63,477 nucleotides of DNA, filler included, from Octopus bimaculoides (GCF_001194135.2; 7 parts of 6 records of this genome joined end to end with filler, not necessarily neighbours in it); one strand, 5' to 3'; positions 37,959 to 50,750 are shown, counted from the whole stretch's first letter. The notes: generated from the letters alone by a model not told the origin. Numbers and translations are program-made.

Positions 37959-39699
37959 ACCCACACACAAATTCATTAGCATGAGCATATAGGAGATGTC
38001 AGTAGCAGAAAGTGCCACGTGAATGGAACATATGGAAGACGGGAATAAAGAAGACATAGGACAAACTAGTAAAAGCAGATCTTAAGAGAGTGACCTTCAC
38101 AAAGATGACAACTAAGTATCCATGATCTATACTGAAGAACTGTGCTGGAAAGAACTCACCCACTCTATACAAGTTTGGTAAAATAGATGTAAAAATGGTG
38201 GTGATGGACAGTGGGATGTATAATATCTAATTAGGGATTTTATAAACATTATGTTTGCTCTCCATATTTTACTCACATCTCACTCGCTACAATGAAAGCA
38301 TGAGAAATAACATGCCATCCAATCTGTCTGTATTAAATCATTCCTTAACATCAATCATTCTTTATTGCTATCCATCTCTCACTTTGTTCCATTACTCTCT
38401 CTTATCACATGCTTTCCACTAACCATTTTCATTATTGTTGTCACTCTCACTTCTATTACCCAATAGCCCTCTCATAAACTCACTCTTCTCTCATTACACA
38501 GCTTGTATTCAATCTCCTTTCCAACAATCATCATGTAGCTATCATTCTCTCTCTTCCAGTCCTTTCTATATCACACTTGAGCTCCATTCACTGACTCTCT
38601 TCTAGTCCTCCTTTCTATATCACCCTTCTGCTCCACTCACCATTCTCTTCTAATATCACCCTCTGGTTCTCTTTCAACACTATATTGGAACTTAAGATAG
38701 AAAGAACTATAGTGTTGCCCAGGACATGATAACTTCTCTCTCCATAAGCTAATACACCTGCTTGTTCATCCTTCACCTGTATTCATCTTTTGTTTTCTGG
38801 AAACTACAGGAAGCTTGTAATCACATGAATGTCAATATTCATGCTTGTTACCAGTTGAAAGCTATGATGTTGGCATTTCTACTCTATACTTTTATAGACC
38901 ATTAAAATAAAATATCCACCAACTGAAAACAGGTAAGGGTTAAGAATGTAAGAGCATCTGGCTGTAAAGTCTCGCCTCAAACTCAAACATCGTCGTCGTT
39001 GTCTCCAATCTAAACCCATGCTAGCTTGGAAAAATGGGTGTGAATAATGAACACACACACAAACCACATTTGAGATTGTATGTGCACTGGCAGCTTTATA
39101 AACCTGTTTTGATACCAACCCACTTCACTTTTGGTTCTGATGCAACTTCTTGTTTAAAACCTATTAAAATTTCATGTTCATTTATGTACAAAACACCATA
39201 TAAATAATGACAAGCTTAATTTTACTAAATTTTTCCATTATTTTCAAAATCAATTTAAATCGATGGAGTGTTTTCAACAGAAATAATGGTAACAAAACAG
39301 TTAATAGAATGTGGTGTACCCATTTAAAACAATGGGCCAAACCATTGATAAATTTGTGACCGAAAGTCTTTGCACTTTTTATTTAACAAAAAATATCACA
39401 ATAATGCATAAATGTTATTGTGCTTCTTACATTCATTGATAGTGGAATAAAATAACTAGCTTGGTGAGCCCCTCACTGTACTTGATCCTAATTTTGAGTT
39501 GTTTATGTGTAAGATGGATGTGGTACAGGACTATTTTGTTGATATATGTAGTGACTGCATCTTTGTGCTCCGGAAGGAAACTAGGCTGTTCTTCTCTTGT
39601 GGGATGTTTTGGAGGCTTCTGTTCATGGAGGCAGAACATGCTGAGCAAGAGGTGTCTTGTGTATGGATGACACTTATACATTAAAGGTTAAGAAAAAAA

Positions 39700-42060
39700 T
39701 GAAGTAATGCATCATCTGCATAGAAGTATGTGACTTAGAAGTTATGAGATACAAATGATCAAACAACAGAAAGACCCCTTTCGTCAGTTTTCCTGGACAT
39801 TTGGTCTTGATAGCCTTTTGTAACTGCTTCAGCAAGTTGGCTCTTTTTGAAGATAGCCACTAAACACATTGCCTTTTGCATCCCAAAAAACTGAGGCCAT
39901 CACGTTCCCAGCAGATCAAATGACCTTTGCCTTTGTTGGAACATTCTGCAGTAGGAGGATAAGAGATGTGAGGTGTTCTGGATAAGGCAGTGTCATCGTC
40001 ATTTTTAGCATCCACTTTTTCATGCTTACACAAGTCAGGTGGAATTTCTTGATGCAAATTTTCTATGGTCAAATGCCATTCCTGTCACCAGCCCTCGCCT
40101 GTTGCCAGCAAAGCAATATTTCCCTTTGGCCAAACATGTTTTCACAAAGACCAGAAGCAAATAATATTGCTTGCATTATGGTGACGTTTGTTTGTAACCA
40201 CTGCATGATATCAAGACAAGGGTACAAACAAACATGTGCACACACATACATATGAGAGGTTTCTTTCAGTTTCTACCTACCAAGTCTACTCAAGGCTTTA
40301 ATTAAGCAGGGGCTATAGTAGAAGACACTCGCCCAAAATGTTGCACAGTAGGTAGTAAGCTTCTTAAAACGACAAAGCCATGCCTGCACAAAGCACCCAA
40401 GAGAATCAAGATACAGGTGAGAAGTATGTACAAATTCATAATGCCATACTTGCATTGAGTGATACTGAAAAGAAAGAGACATGGAAGTGCTACTATGAAA
40501 GTCTATTAAATGTGAAGAATGCATATGAGAGAAAAAATGTCTTCTCAACACAGATCTACCAATGGGAACAGTCATTTTAGTAGATAGCACTATGAAAAAC
40601 AAGGTTCTCAAGATGGAGAAAGCCCCTGGTCCATCATGAATTACTGCTGAAATGCTTAAATCATCCAGCAGAATATGGTACAGCCTGGTCACCGTTACAA
40701 TCAAACTGTATGGAAGGTGCCATATCCAATAACCATGGCAGCATCATAATCAACAGTCACAAGGGCCAATGATTAAGAAAAGGTAATTACAGAGATACAA
40801 ATTTGATGGACCAGATTTTGAAAGTTATAGGAAGAGTTATAGCTCAATTAAGAGAATAAACCTAGATGAATATGCAGTTCAGTTTTGCATGAAGAAGTAC
40901 TATTAATGCTATCTTCTTTGTGAAGAACTTAAGCCTCTATACTTAGCATTCATTGGCCTAGAGAAAGCCTTTGACAAAATCCGTCAATCTATAAATTGGT
41001 GGCTGTTGAAGAAGAGTAGATGAATGACTTGTGAGACTCATAGAAACCATAAATGGAGGTGCCATAAAATTAATAGTGAAAGTGAACAAGTGCAACAACA
41101 AATTCAGAGAGCAGATAAGGATCAAGAGCACAGTTCTCAGTCCATTTCTATTCAACTTTGTCATCCAGACTACAAAAGATATGCTTAAGACCAGAAGTCT
41201 GTGAGATCTCCTATATGCTGATAACCTCATTCTTACAAATCTGTTGAATTTGAAAGATTCCAAGTATGAAAGCATAACCTGGAATCAAACGGCTTCAAAG
41301 TTAACTTAGCAAAGACTAAAGTTTTACTAAACAGGTAAACAAGATTCAAGCTTAGTATATATAAAAGTAGTAAGAAAACCCGTAGAACATATACAGTGTA
41401 AATTATGAGACACACAAGGTGCAGTGGAATTGCAAGTTAACAGAAAGAGAACATGCATGTGACAGATGCACAGAAACACTAACATCACAAGGAAAAGATT
41501 TTCTTAAATGCCCAGGGGGATCCCCATAGGTAGTAGGTGACCTAATTAGCAGTGAAAGAAGACGGAAGATATATAGAGTAAAAACAGACTGGGAAGAGTT
41601 TATGCAGCTGTTCTCTCTGCTGGTAACAAAAGGCAGACTGTATGGTGCTCGTGTACAAACTACAATGCTAAATGGTTGTGAGACATGAGCCCTGAATGCA
41701 GGAGACTTGCAAATACTAGAGAACCGAAACAGTCATACTCCACTGGATGTACAATATCAATATGTATGCATGACAGAGTACAAAAGTATTGAGAGAAAAA
41801 CTGAGCATAAGAGGAATTACATGCAGTTTGCAAGAGAGAAAATTGTGTTGGTATGGCCATGAGATGCATATGGATAAGACAGCAGTATAAAATGTCAATC
41901 ACTAACAATGGATGGAACCTATGGAAGAGGGAAACCCATGAAGACATGGGGCAAAGAGGCTGATGTTGATCTCAAGATGCTATGCCTCAAAGAGATAACA
42001 AAGGACCAAATTGATTGGCAATGCCAAGCAATCAAGAATACCCATCCATCTATGCTAGCT
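39700..42060 (+). mobile_element. Heavily degraded RTE-type LINE
   Basis: Remnant motifs KAPGPS*ITAEMLK, LEKAFDKI, LLYADNLIL, LCWYGHEMH. Confidence 0.75.
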
Positions 42061-45000
42061 CAGTGAAAGTGAGGTTCTGGAAGTATAATGTTCATGCACT
42101 CAACTGGGTCCCTCACCCATTGCCAAGTCTTAGCTAAAAAGGTTTCCATGTTTTCTCCTACTACTGCTATTCAGTACCATATATCTGGACTTTACTCTGT
42201 CAAGAATCAAATGTTTCTGATAAAAATACCATTTCAAAAGAAATATTTCATGGTTTCCTATAAACTTCAGCATTCTTACAGTTTTCGAAATAACTGTAGG
42301 AATTTCCACACATGCCACTAGTATATCTAATTTTGTCTCACTTTACTGAACTAAAACTTAGGAGACTTTCAAATGACAATTTACAGAATCATCTTATCTA
42401 ACCAAAATAAAGCACTGAAAAATGTTTTTGCTTAACCTTCTAGTTGAGTCAAATGTTAACTTACTGAGCACTCTTTGACCTTTATAGAAAGAATTCTAAA
42501 TCAATAAAAAAAAGTTCCTTATTTTATGAGAAGGTCACTCAGACTTGTAGGTAGATACTGACAGAGTGCTCCACATTCTAGAATCATTGATGACTTAAAT
42601 TTTCATTTTTTAAAATATGTCATCATAATTCAGACTAAAAGCAACAATTTCTCTGAAGAAAATCAAAAAGGAACTAAGAATTTACATTTTTGCTTTAAAA
42701 TATTTTTTGTCACTGAAAATTTATGTATATCTATAAGTATGACTAGCAACATTGCATGTACATTGATTCAAAGTTTTTAATATCTTTTTTTTAAAAAAAA
42801 AAAGGTATGTTGACAAAACAACTGAGTTTTTAGGATTTCACATACATTTTGGAATAATATCAAAATCTATAGCATTTAAAATCTCAGGTTAACCCTTTCG
42901 TTACTGTTTTTAATAACCAATAAATCAATGTTACAATTGAGTACTCCACTTAATTATTAATTATGTGGATATTTATTAAGTTACTCTATACCACAGGTAT
43001 AATTTAATAATACACTATTTGAAGAAATAATTGGTTGAGATGGTTAAACTCCCTATTCTCAAAGTTTCCATGTTCCAGAAAAAAAAATTAATACTGTAAT
43101 GTCAACATGCAAAACAGATGTTAAAAATATCCACCACCTTACTTTTTTGTCTTATTTGTGAAATTTTTAGTAATTAAAGACTATTGACGAAAAAGAATTA
43201 GAAAAATGTTTTATAAAATAGTTTAACTACTCTTAACAATAAAATCTACAAAAGGTTCAATACACTGAGTGAAAAAGTAAATTTTTGTTTTAAATTGTCT
43301 GTCAAAAAACATTCATAAAATATTGACTACAGGAGACAGTTTTATGCAAGTCATTATAATATTATCCATTTTATATTTCTGCAATTTAAAATTGAACTTC
43401 AAAAGTTGCTCTCTATCCTGTTCCATATATGCTCTCATATTAGTCATATGCACATACATATGCAAATATCTTGTCAATATAAACTCCCTATATTTAAATG
43501 AAAGAGAAATTTGAAGGAAACTTGGCTGCTATATCTAACAAGTCAAGTGTCCACAAAGTTTTATCTTGTTGACTTGAAGAGGGCTTTGTTGTGTATTCTC
43601 TAATCAGTTACAGCAAAAAGAAAAATGAGAAAAAAAAACAATATAATGAAAGGCATTCTAGTTATGATGGTCCCATAATTTAAATAGTAGCTTTTATTTA
43701 AGTGAGTTGTTAGAAGTTTGGCTATTATTTCCAGCAAGTTGAGTAACCATGTCAGCTCTCTGTTCAAGAAAATCTCTTGTCCATGTACATTTCTCTCATA
43801 CTATTTTCATGTTCAGTGTAGGCAGCTGAAGTGACAGTTTGTTCACTAGTTAGTAGCTGAAATAACAGACTAGTTAGTTCCTTAGATGTCTTTAGAGACT
43901 GTGAGTTTTGATTTAAGAAGGGTCACAGAAAAGGAGCTTTCTTATATAAACATGACACATTAGCAGCAGGTATTATCTAGACAAGAACCAGGTTCAAATC
44001 TGCTACCTCATATTTCAGTTCAAATTTTGCTTGTATCAACGTTGCTTGTCCTAACTTTTCAGAATGAAACAGCACCTAGATTTTCTCTTCATTGAGAAAC
44101 AAAATGGGCCTAACAAAATTATTTGATCTTTAATACCTTCAAGAACAATGTTAGATAAGGCAGAGGTTGTGATGCTACAATTAATTGATCTACCACATGC
44201 TGGGTGAGTGCTCTCCCTTGGGTAAATTTTAACACTTTTTAAAGTCTTTGATATACACTATCTTCTTACAACAGTTTATTCTATGAATCAAATATGAAAA
44301 GTTCAACACAATCCCTTCACAATTTTTGGAACTGGTTACATAGGTTTGAACACTTTCTGGCTAGTATTTATTACCTTGACAGACTTACACACACATGAAA
44401 ATTTCATATATTATTACAAAATCTTCAAACTTATCACAGTTCAGTGACAGTTATGATCATGCAATTAATTTCAACAAGTAGACAAAGCTTTTTTTAGCCC
44501 ACAACATGCAAACAAGAGTCAACTGAAACCCTGGATCAGCTTCTTCAAGCTTGACACTAGATATAAAGCCTCCTAACACTCTCACAAACAACATTTACAC
44601 CATTTGACCTCTTACCTCCTCTTGTATCTCTCTCTTTCTGACAGCCATTCTCTATCATTCCAGTGATATAGACCACATTCATACATACCCACATTTACAC
44701 TCTTCCACTCTCTCTTTGGACTTTTATTCCATCTCCCCAGGTATTTAATCTCATTTTATAATCTTTGAAATATATCATCTTGATACCATTTAACACCCTA
44801 CCTCTGTTAGTACTCAGAACCATTTCATTGTTATCCCATCTTTCATTCTTAAGTCTTCTCCACTCACATTTTACATAGATTACTCTCCTGAGCCATTATA
44901 CACTTACTTGTCCTCATTCATTACGTCTGCCCTGTTCTTGCAGCCTACCTAAGCACATCTTTCTCTCCCTTTCGTCTACCCTCTCTCTTCCTCCACCATC

Positions 45001-45289
45001 TACTATATCATTATTTTTACTACAATTCTGCTGTTCTTTATCTCACCACCTCCTTTTCTAGTCAGTGTTCTCTTCCCTATCTCCTCAACTATAATTGGTC
45101 ACCCTTCACAACTTCTACGGTTGTCACCAACTTTTACCTATTTCCCTTACTTATATACCTCAATAATTGCTCATAAAGTTCACCCACTCAGCAGTTACCT
45201 ATAGCTAAGACTTTCACTCGCCCATACCCTTGCAACTTCTATCCAACTACATTTCTTGTTCACCTATACCCACTAACTTCTCATCTCAC

Positions 45290-45747
45290 AGCTTCAAGGT
45301 CCACGATCCATGTTTCACTGCCATGTAGCATGGCTGTTCGTACACATACGTCATACAGTCTGCTTTTTACTCTGAGTGAGAGGCCCTTTGTCACCAGCAG
45401 AGGTAAGAGCTCTCTGAACTTTGCCCAGGTTATTCTTATTCTAGCAGCTACACTTTCAGCTCACTCTCCTCCACTACTAACTTGGTCACCTAGATAGCGG
45501 AAGCTATCCACTATGTCTAGTTTTTCTCCCTGGAATGTGGCAGAAGTTGTTTTCTGCACAGTTTCAGTGTTTATTGCTCCTGAACATCTGCCACATACAA
45601 AAACTAACTTCCTAGTTAACCTTCCTTTGATATTGCTGCACCTCTTATGTGTCCATCGCTTGCTTGCACTGGGTACATCTTATAGAGTTTCTACCTACGC
45701 CTTTTCTACAGATCGAGCAGGACCATCTACCTGAAGGGGATATACAT

Positions 45748-45750
<3 letters not shown>
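45290..45750 (-). mobile_element. RTE LINE fragment (RT C-terminal region)
   Basis: Strong nucleotide similarity to 30940-31380. Confidence 0.8.
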
Positions 45751-45779
<29 letters not shown>

Positions 45780-46196
45780 TACATAAATATACATTATATA
45801 TACACACACATTGGAGCCTGGTGCAGCCATCTGGTTCGCCAATCCTCAGTCAAATCGTCCAATATATACATTATATACATTACACATATATATACACACA
45901 CACACACACATATATACACACACATGTATATATACATGTACACATATATACACACATATATATACATATACACATATATATACACAAATATATATACATA
46001 CATTATATGTACATATATATATATACATTATATATACATATATATACATTATATATACATATATATACATTATATATACATATATATACATTATATNNNN
46101 NNNNNNNNNNNNNNNNNNNNNNNNNNNNNNNNNNNNNNNNTTAATTAATTAANNNNNNNNNNNNNNNNNNNNNNNNNNNNNNNNNNNNNNNNNNNN

Positions 46197-46433
46197 CATG
46201 GGAACTGCCCATATCCTACGTAAAATACTGTCTATGTGATCTCAAAATTTTAAAGCAAACACATAATTTTCTTATGGTTTCTTAAACATTCACTTGAACA
46301 AAACTGTACAAATCCAAATATATGGTACCCTAGGCATAACACCTACACAAACTTCTAACTTGTTGTCTCTTGAGGTCTCTGGGTGAGACTTGGATCCAAC
46401 TTGTACAAATGCAAAACAAAAGTCAAACATAAA
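46197..46433 (+). mobile_element. 3' end of an R4/Dong-like RLE retrotransposon ending in (TAA)n
   Basis: Starts MGTAHILRKILSM*, then a 3'UTR running into (TAA)n; inverted second copy at 47596-47810. Confidence 0.8.
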
Positions 46434-46700
46434 ATAATAATAATAATAATAATAATAATTATTATTATTATTATTATTATTAAGTTGATGAGCTGTCAGA
46501 ATTGTTAGCACACTGGGCAAAGTGCTTAGCTGCATTTTCTTCTGTCGTTACATTTTGAGATCAAATTCTTCTGAGGTTGACGTTGCTTCCATCCTTTCAG
46601 GATCCACAAAATAAGTGCCAGTTGAGTACCAAGGCTGATGTAATCAACAAGTGCCTTCCTCAAAATTTTAGGTCTTGTGCTTATAAAAGAAATCATCATC

Positions 46701-46741
<41 letters not shown>

Positions 46742-46742
<1 letters not shown>

Positions 46743-47242
46743 GAGCGAGAGAGCAGTGCATGCCATCAAAGTGACACTGAGGTAAAACATACGAAGCCTA
46801 ATATACCCATCATGAGTACCTGGCTGATAAGGGTACACCAGGCACATGCATCACAACCATATGTGCACAACATAGTGATCTTATATCAAGATAAACAGCT
46901 CATGACCTCACAGCTGGGGCCCAGTTAGAATTGTCTTCAGGTCAAGTAGCCCATCCTGCTCAAAAGATCCCTGAATAAGGTTTGTTTAAGGATTTTGAAT
47001 GAAACACCCATGTATCCAAAGGTGAATTATTCAAACCCAAAAGAATTCCTCTCAACACATGGCTATCATGCTCCCCACATTACTTTTGCTCGTGATTAGA
47101 GATGCACATATCATCAGCCCCTAAGGGACATGCTCAACTGGTTAAGGTCAAACAAGTGACAAGCAAATCTGTGGTATTGAGCAGAATATTTGCTGTAGCC
47201 ATCTTTTATACAAAGACAGAACAATGTGCATGATAACACTTC

Positions 47243-47244
<2 letters not shown>
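46742..47244. repeat. Unclassified element flanked by (ATT)n on both sides
   Basis: Complex ~500-bp sequence embedded between two ATT tracts, the same geometry as the Dong-like insertion at 16497; no protein motif recognised. Confidence 0.4.
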
Positions 47245-47278
<34 letters not shown>

Positions 47279-47316
47279 TATATATAGGATTGCGGTAACT
47301 CCTCCAGAAGATATAT

Positions 47317-47555
47317 AAGCAAAAAAAGCAAAAAAAAAGAAGAATGCCATTGTCATCAAGTGACCGGTATTTCGACATCTCATGTGTCTTGCATGGGTTC
47401 AAAAGATAAACGTGTCAATCTACTTCCTATAAATATTAACTAAAATGAAGTAGATTGACAGGTTTATTTTTGAACCTGTGGAAGACACACGAGATATTGA
47501 AATATCATTCACTTAATGACAATGGCACTCTTCTTTTTTTTTGCTTTTTTTGCTT
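47317..47555. repeat. Long hairpin: ~110-nt inverted arms with a 20-nt spacer (MITE/foldback-like)
   Basis: 47317-47426 versus 47447-47555, about 13 differences counted by eye. Confidence 0.9.
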
Positions 47556-47595
47556 CTATTATTATTATTATTATTATTACTATTATTATTATTAT

Positions 47596-47810
47596 TTTAT
47601 GTTTGACTTTTGCTCTGCATTTGTACAAGTTGGATCCAAGTCTCACCCAGAGACCTCAAGAGACAAGTTAGAAGTTCATGTAGGTGTTATGCCTAGGGTA
47701 CCATATATTTGGATTTGTACATAGTGTTGTTCTAGAGAATGTTTAAGAAACCATAAGAAAATTATGTGTTTGTTCTAAAATTTGAGATCACATAGACAGT
47801 ATTTTACGTA
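47596..47810 (-). mobile_element. 3' end of an R4/Dong-like element, inverted relative to 46197-46433
   Basis: Reverse complement of about 46216-46433, with (ATT)n at its 3' end. Confidence 0.8.
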
Positions 47811-47869
47811 TATTATCATCATCATCATCATCATCATTATTATTATCATCATCATTATTATTATTATTA

Positions 47870-48184
47870 TTAACCACTATGCCATATGCCCATGGGCATA
47901 TGGCGTAGTGGTTAAGAGTGCGGGCTACTAACCCCAAGATTCCAAGTTCGATTCCAGGCAGTGACCTGAATAATAATAATAATAATAATAATGATAATAA
48001 CATTGAAAAATACCTTAGGAATGAGAACCCAGGTTTGAAATTTTCCCAAGACAACTGATGAAGGCTAGAGGATATATCAGTTGAAACGTTGTGTTAACAA
48101 CAAATAATTTGAGGACAAATATCCGTCAAATGTAAATAATGTAAATAATGTACATAATTCTTTATCTCATAAATATCGAACTGT
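47870..48184 (+). mobile_element. tRNA-headed hammerhead-bearing element (copy 2), with a 5' fold-back palindrome and decayed ribozyme stems
   Basis: Colinear with 19023-19325; CTGATGA at 48055-48061 and GAAACGTTGTGT at 48083-48094. Confidence 0.85.
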
Positions 48185-48254
48185 CTCTTCCCATCAAGCT
48201 GTAGAACACTTGAGCATTGTATAGAATATAAGAAAACAATAATCAAAGGCCCTT

Positions 48255-48810
48255 CCTGAACCACAGGCACTTGAGGCTGGTTTCCCAGATTCTGAAGTGT
48301 ATATAATTCTCCCTGGTCAGGACGCCAGTTTGTTACAGGCTTGTGCTCTTTGTGTCGGCTGAGTGGACTAGAGCAACATGGAATAAAGTGCCTTGCTCAA
48401 GGACACAATGCATTGCCCTTTCCAGGAATTGAAACCACAACCTTATGACCATGAGAGTAACATCCTAAACACTAGGTCACATGCCTCCACCACAGTATAC
48501 AAGGATGGCGCTCCACCGGTTATGATGACGAGGGTTCCAGTCAATCCGATCAACAGAACACCCTGCTGGTAAATTAATGCATGACTGGCTGAGCACTCCA
48601 CAAACACACGTGCCCTTAACATTGATTTCAGCGAGATTCAGCATGACATTAGAATGTGATGAGGTCGGCCCCTTTGAATTAGAGGTACTGCTCAATTTTT
48701 GTCATCTGAGTGAACTGGAGCAACATGAAATAAAGTGTCTTGCTCAAGGACACAAGGCAATGCTGGGAATTGAACCCATAACCTTACGATCATGAACCAA
48801 ACACCCAAGC
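48255..48810 (-). mobile_element. Two adjacent family C SINE copies, reverse orientation
   Basis: AAAGTG(C/T)CTTGCTCAAGGACACAA and GGAATTGAA(A/C)C occur twice; reverse of 18030-18290. Confidence 0.7.
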
Positions 48811-48957
48811 TACAGTCATGTACTTTCATGCTGTATACCATAAGCTCATTATTATTATCATTATTTTAACATTAAATCAATTTGTTTTATTATCTAATGA
48901 TGATTATTATTATTATTATTATTATTATTATTGTTGTTGTTGTTATCATTATTATCA

Positions 48958-49400
48958 AGGCAGTGAGCTGGCAGAAACGTTAGCATGCCACGCAAAATGC
49001 TTGGCGGTATTTCATGTCTTTACATTCCGAGTTCAAATTCCACCGAGGTCGAATTTGCTTTTCATCCTTTCAGGGTCGATAAATAAAGTACCAGTTGCAA
49101 ACTAGGGTCAATTTAATTGACTGCCCCCCTCCCCAAATATTTCGGACATTGTGCCTAGAGTAGAAAAGATTATTATCGTTATTATTACAAGATGATGAGC
49201 TGGCAGAGCTGTTAGCATGTTGGGCGATATGTGTAGTAATATTCGTCTGCTGCTACGTTCTGAGTTCAAATTCTGCCGAGGTTGACTTTGCTTTTCATCC
49301 TTTCGGGATCAATGAAATAAGTACCAGTTATGCACTGGGGTCGATGTAATCGACTTGATCCCCTCTCCCAAGCTGCTGTTGTGGCAAAAATTTGAAATCA
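48958..49400 (+). mobile_element. Two tandem family B SINE copies
   Basis: GAGCTGGCAGA...GAGTTCAAATTC...TTTTCATCCTTTC...GTACCAGTT repeated at 48958 and about 49190. Confidence 0.85.
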
Positions 49401-49489
49401 TTATTACAATAACCCAAGAGTGAACAATAACAACAGCACTGACAACAACATATACCTCAGAACAAAGCCGGTACATATAAATATATGAA

Positions 49490-50255
49490 TACTAGCAGCT
49501 AAGCCCGGTGTCACCCGGTCGGTTTGGATGATGTGGCTGTAAAACCTGCTCTGTGTAAGCATTCGATTTATTTGGGCATGTTTACGTTAAAAAACAATTT
49601 TAGAATGACTTTTTTCTGTCAAAACGCTAAAAATAACTGACCAACAACAAAAAACACAACCTAGATTCAACCAAATCAAAAAAATTATCCCAAATACTAA
49701 GCGAACAAAGATGAACCATCCCACTTCCATTGCGTGTGCACAAGGACACACACACGCAAACACACACATACACATGTGCACACACACACACACACATTCA
49801 CATACCCCCACTTTTTCATACACACACATATATTCACACAGTTGAAATGCTGTTTGATTTATTTTTTCAGCGTTCAATTTTCATCATCCCACTACCAAGT
49901 ATGACTTCACCCCTTCCTTCCTTATTCATCTATCACCCCTTCCTTTCTCGTTCATAAGCACAAGAGTATTATTATAGTAGATTATCTCGGTAACCATGGG
50001 AGCTATGAAAAATATGACATCACCCCCTTCTTCCTTTATTCATGTATCACTCCTTCCTTTCTGATTCGTAAATACAAGAGTATTATTGTAGATTATCTTG
50101 TAACCATGGGAGCTATGGAAAAAATACAAAGCCCAGCATCACCACCAGATCATTCTACACATCTGTGTAATTTTTCATGCAATTCCACCCAGCCGTTTGA
50201 CCGTGAATCCCCAAGACAAGAAAGAATCACCCATGTCCAATTTATATGTATAGAT
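49490..50255 (+). mobile_element. Helitron/Helentron-associated non-autonomous element (HINE/DINE-like)
   Basis: 5' tACTAG followed by the short inverted repeat CCCGG...CCGG, an internal CA microsatellite, a ~115-bp tandem duplication (about 49905-50125), and a 3' end TTTATATGTATAGAT. Confidence 0.55.
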
Positions 50256-50711
50256 GACAAAATAAAGCCAGTCAGTGCATTTTGTTGTCTTCTTGTCTTG
50301 TGCATAGATTAGAAGAAAGATAAAAAGACGATTTACTTTTCATCTGGTGCTTTGAACAAATATCAATGTTTAAATGTTTAACATTGATCTTTCGTTGTTG
50401 ATCACACTAAAATGGTAATCAATAAAGGGGGAAGAAACCCAACTGTTATTTCAACAATTTCAATTATTGATTCCAAAGTTTTCTGAAAAGCAGTTTTAAC
50501 GATTCCCCGCTGTCAATATTTTGTATGATCTCCCAGGTTTAATGACAAATAATTTTGTCTTCAGTCAAGTTCTAACAACAACAATAACAATAATAATAGT
50601 TTCGACTTTTGGCACAAAGCCTGCAAGTTTAGAGGTTGGAGTAAGTCAATTATATTGATTCCAGTACTCAACTACTACTACTACTACTACTACTACTACT
50701 GCTGCTGCAGA

Positions 50712-50750
<39 letters not shown>

